This document shows, piece after piece, positions 24,392 through 25,613 of a stretch of DNA of 25,613 bases. The translations under genes were made by a program, and so were the position numbers. This DNA is from a virus (lineage: Duplodnaviria > Caudoviricetes), in IMG/VR virus record IMGVR_UViG_3300016484_000991, positions 1-25,613 of that record. One strand, 5' to 3'. Below the pieces are notes generated by a model, which saw only the letters and a list, made by a program, of their open reading frames with translations, searched no databases and was not told the DNA's origin. How positions within the stretch are numbered: position 1 is the stretch's first letter; every line of letters begins with the position of its first letter.

Positions 24392-25613
24392 ATGGGATAT
24401 TTATTAAAATCTGGAGAGGTTGGTAATATCGGATTGAAACACCAAAAAGCTATCCGTGAGGCAACTGTAAACAAATGGGGTGAATTAGGATTCCTTGAGG
24501 GTCTTGAAGGTCACGTCCGTGAAAACATCGCTTTGTTATATGAAAACCAAGCGTCATCATTAATCACTGAAACTGACACAGCTGGTGGTCAATCTACTGG
24601 TTCTTTCGAAACTGTAGTTTTCCCTATCGTAAGACGTGTATTCTCTAAATTGTTAGCTAATGATTTAGTATCAGTACAAGCATTGAACTTACCTATCGGT
24701 AAATTGTTCTACTTCATTCCTAAAACGTCTGATAGAACTACTAATTTAGAAAATGCTTATTCTGACGCTAACGGTAATGTGTCTGGTTACGGAGCTACAA
24801 GTTCTAATACTGACATGTTTGTTAATTCATGTTTAGAAAATAATACTTCTTGTCCGGCTACAACATTCTCTGATTGTTTGAAAAATCTTTATGATAGATA
24901 CTATAATGACGGTTTATACGACCAATCAAAAGGTCAAATCTCTGTTAAAATTGGTACAGGTACTCCTGTAACTTGGACAGCTTGTTCAACTGGTAATGAA
25001 TTCACTTCAGTTGGTAATGGTGGTAAAGCTCCAGCTGCTGCAGACGGTTCATTAAGAAACCAAATTTATGAAGTTACAGGATTTAACTCAACATCTCCAG
25101 GTCGTTTAACAGGACCAGACGGAAATGAAATGGATACTGAGTCTTTCTTAGCATCTTTCAAAGTTTTCGCTAACTCTAAATTTATTGACGCTGATGGTGT
25201 TACTATCTTCAATGTAGGAGACGAAATTCCAATGAGAATTGTTACTCAAAGATATGGTTCAGGTATTGTTCCTTATGGTGATATTTGTACTGCTTCTGGT
25301 AAAATGTATGTTGAATTAGACCTTACTCACCCAGCTTGTATTTCTTGTGCTTCAGCAAGATTCGATGGTTATGTAGGAGCTAGCTACTTATCTGGTACTA
25401 CTTACATGTCAGCTAACAGTGGAGCTATAACAAGAAACGATGTATTATTCTTATGGCACCAATACGCTGATTTAGAGATGGAATCTCAATTAGGTGAAGT
25501 TTCTTTCGAATTACAATCTGTAACAGTATCTGTAACTGAAAGAAAATTAAGAGCACAATGGTCTCCTGAGTTAGCTCAAGACGTTGCGGCTTTCCACAAC
25601 ATCGATGCTGAAG
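24392..25613 (+). CDS. Major capsid protein (T4 gp23-like), truncated at the window end
   Basis: Not in the ORF track. Translated by hand: MGYLLKSGEVGNIG...KWGELGFLEGL...ALLYENQA...FPIVRRVFSKLLANDLVSVQALNLPIGKLFY...RKLRAQWSPELAQDVAAFHNIDAE, which are gp23-family motifs. Confidence 0.93.
   Translation, partial: MGYLLKSGEVGNIGLKHQKAIREATVNKWGELGFLEGLEGHVRENIALLYENQASSLITETDTAGGQSTGSFETVVFPIVRRVFSKLLANDLVSVQALNLPIGKLFYFIPKTSDRTTNLENAYSDANGNVSGYGATSSNTDMFVNSCLENNTSCPATTFSDCLKNLYDRYYNDGLYDQSKGQISVKIGTGTPVTWTACSTGNEFTSVGNGGKAPAAADGSLRNQIYEVTGFNSTSPGRLTGPDGNEMDTESFLASFKVFANSKFIDADGVTIFNVGDEIPMRIVTQRYGSGIVPYGDICTASGKMYVELDLTHPACISCASARFDGYVGASYLSGTTYMSANSGAITRNDVLFLWHQYADLEMESQLGEVSFELQSVTVSVTERKLRAQWSPELAQDVAAFHNIDAE

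Overview
This AT-rich window is the head-morphogenesis and DNA-packaging region of a large T4-like (jumbo/huge) tailed phage in the standard genetic code. The host is probably a Bacteroidetes member: translation starts are A-rich with no Shine-Dalgarno, and the ClpC, type II glutamine synthetase and DUF4494 genes resemble Bacteroidetes ones. Core genes are the terminase large subunit, gp20-like portal, gp21-like prohead protease, acidic scaffold and the 5' part of a gp23-like major capsid protein, which the ORF track misses because it runs off the window. Interspersed are a GH24 lysozyme, ClpC, a KTSC protein, a Pol-beta-family nucleotidyltransferase, two holin-like genes, a SprT-like metalloprotease, a Vsr-like nuclease/GNAT fusion and many hypotheticals. 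The most striking unexplained pattern is a shared N-terminal leader (K-I-I-R-L-T-E-x-D-V-x-x-L-V-K-K-I-I-K-E, or its half K-K-I-I-[KR]-E) on at least seven unrelated proteins. It occurs with (I/L)-x-E junctions between modules and an ATATTTAT motif just upstream of most of these genes or their operons. This suggests a capsid-addressing system with prohead-protease-processed cargo and polyproteins. A second candidate system is the phage ClpC paired with a UVR-motif-tailed protein encoded next to the terminase. All family calls are by eye from motifs; no database searches were run.
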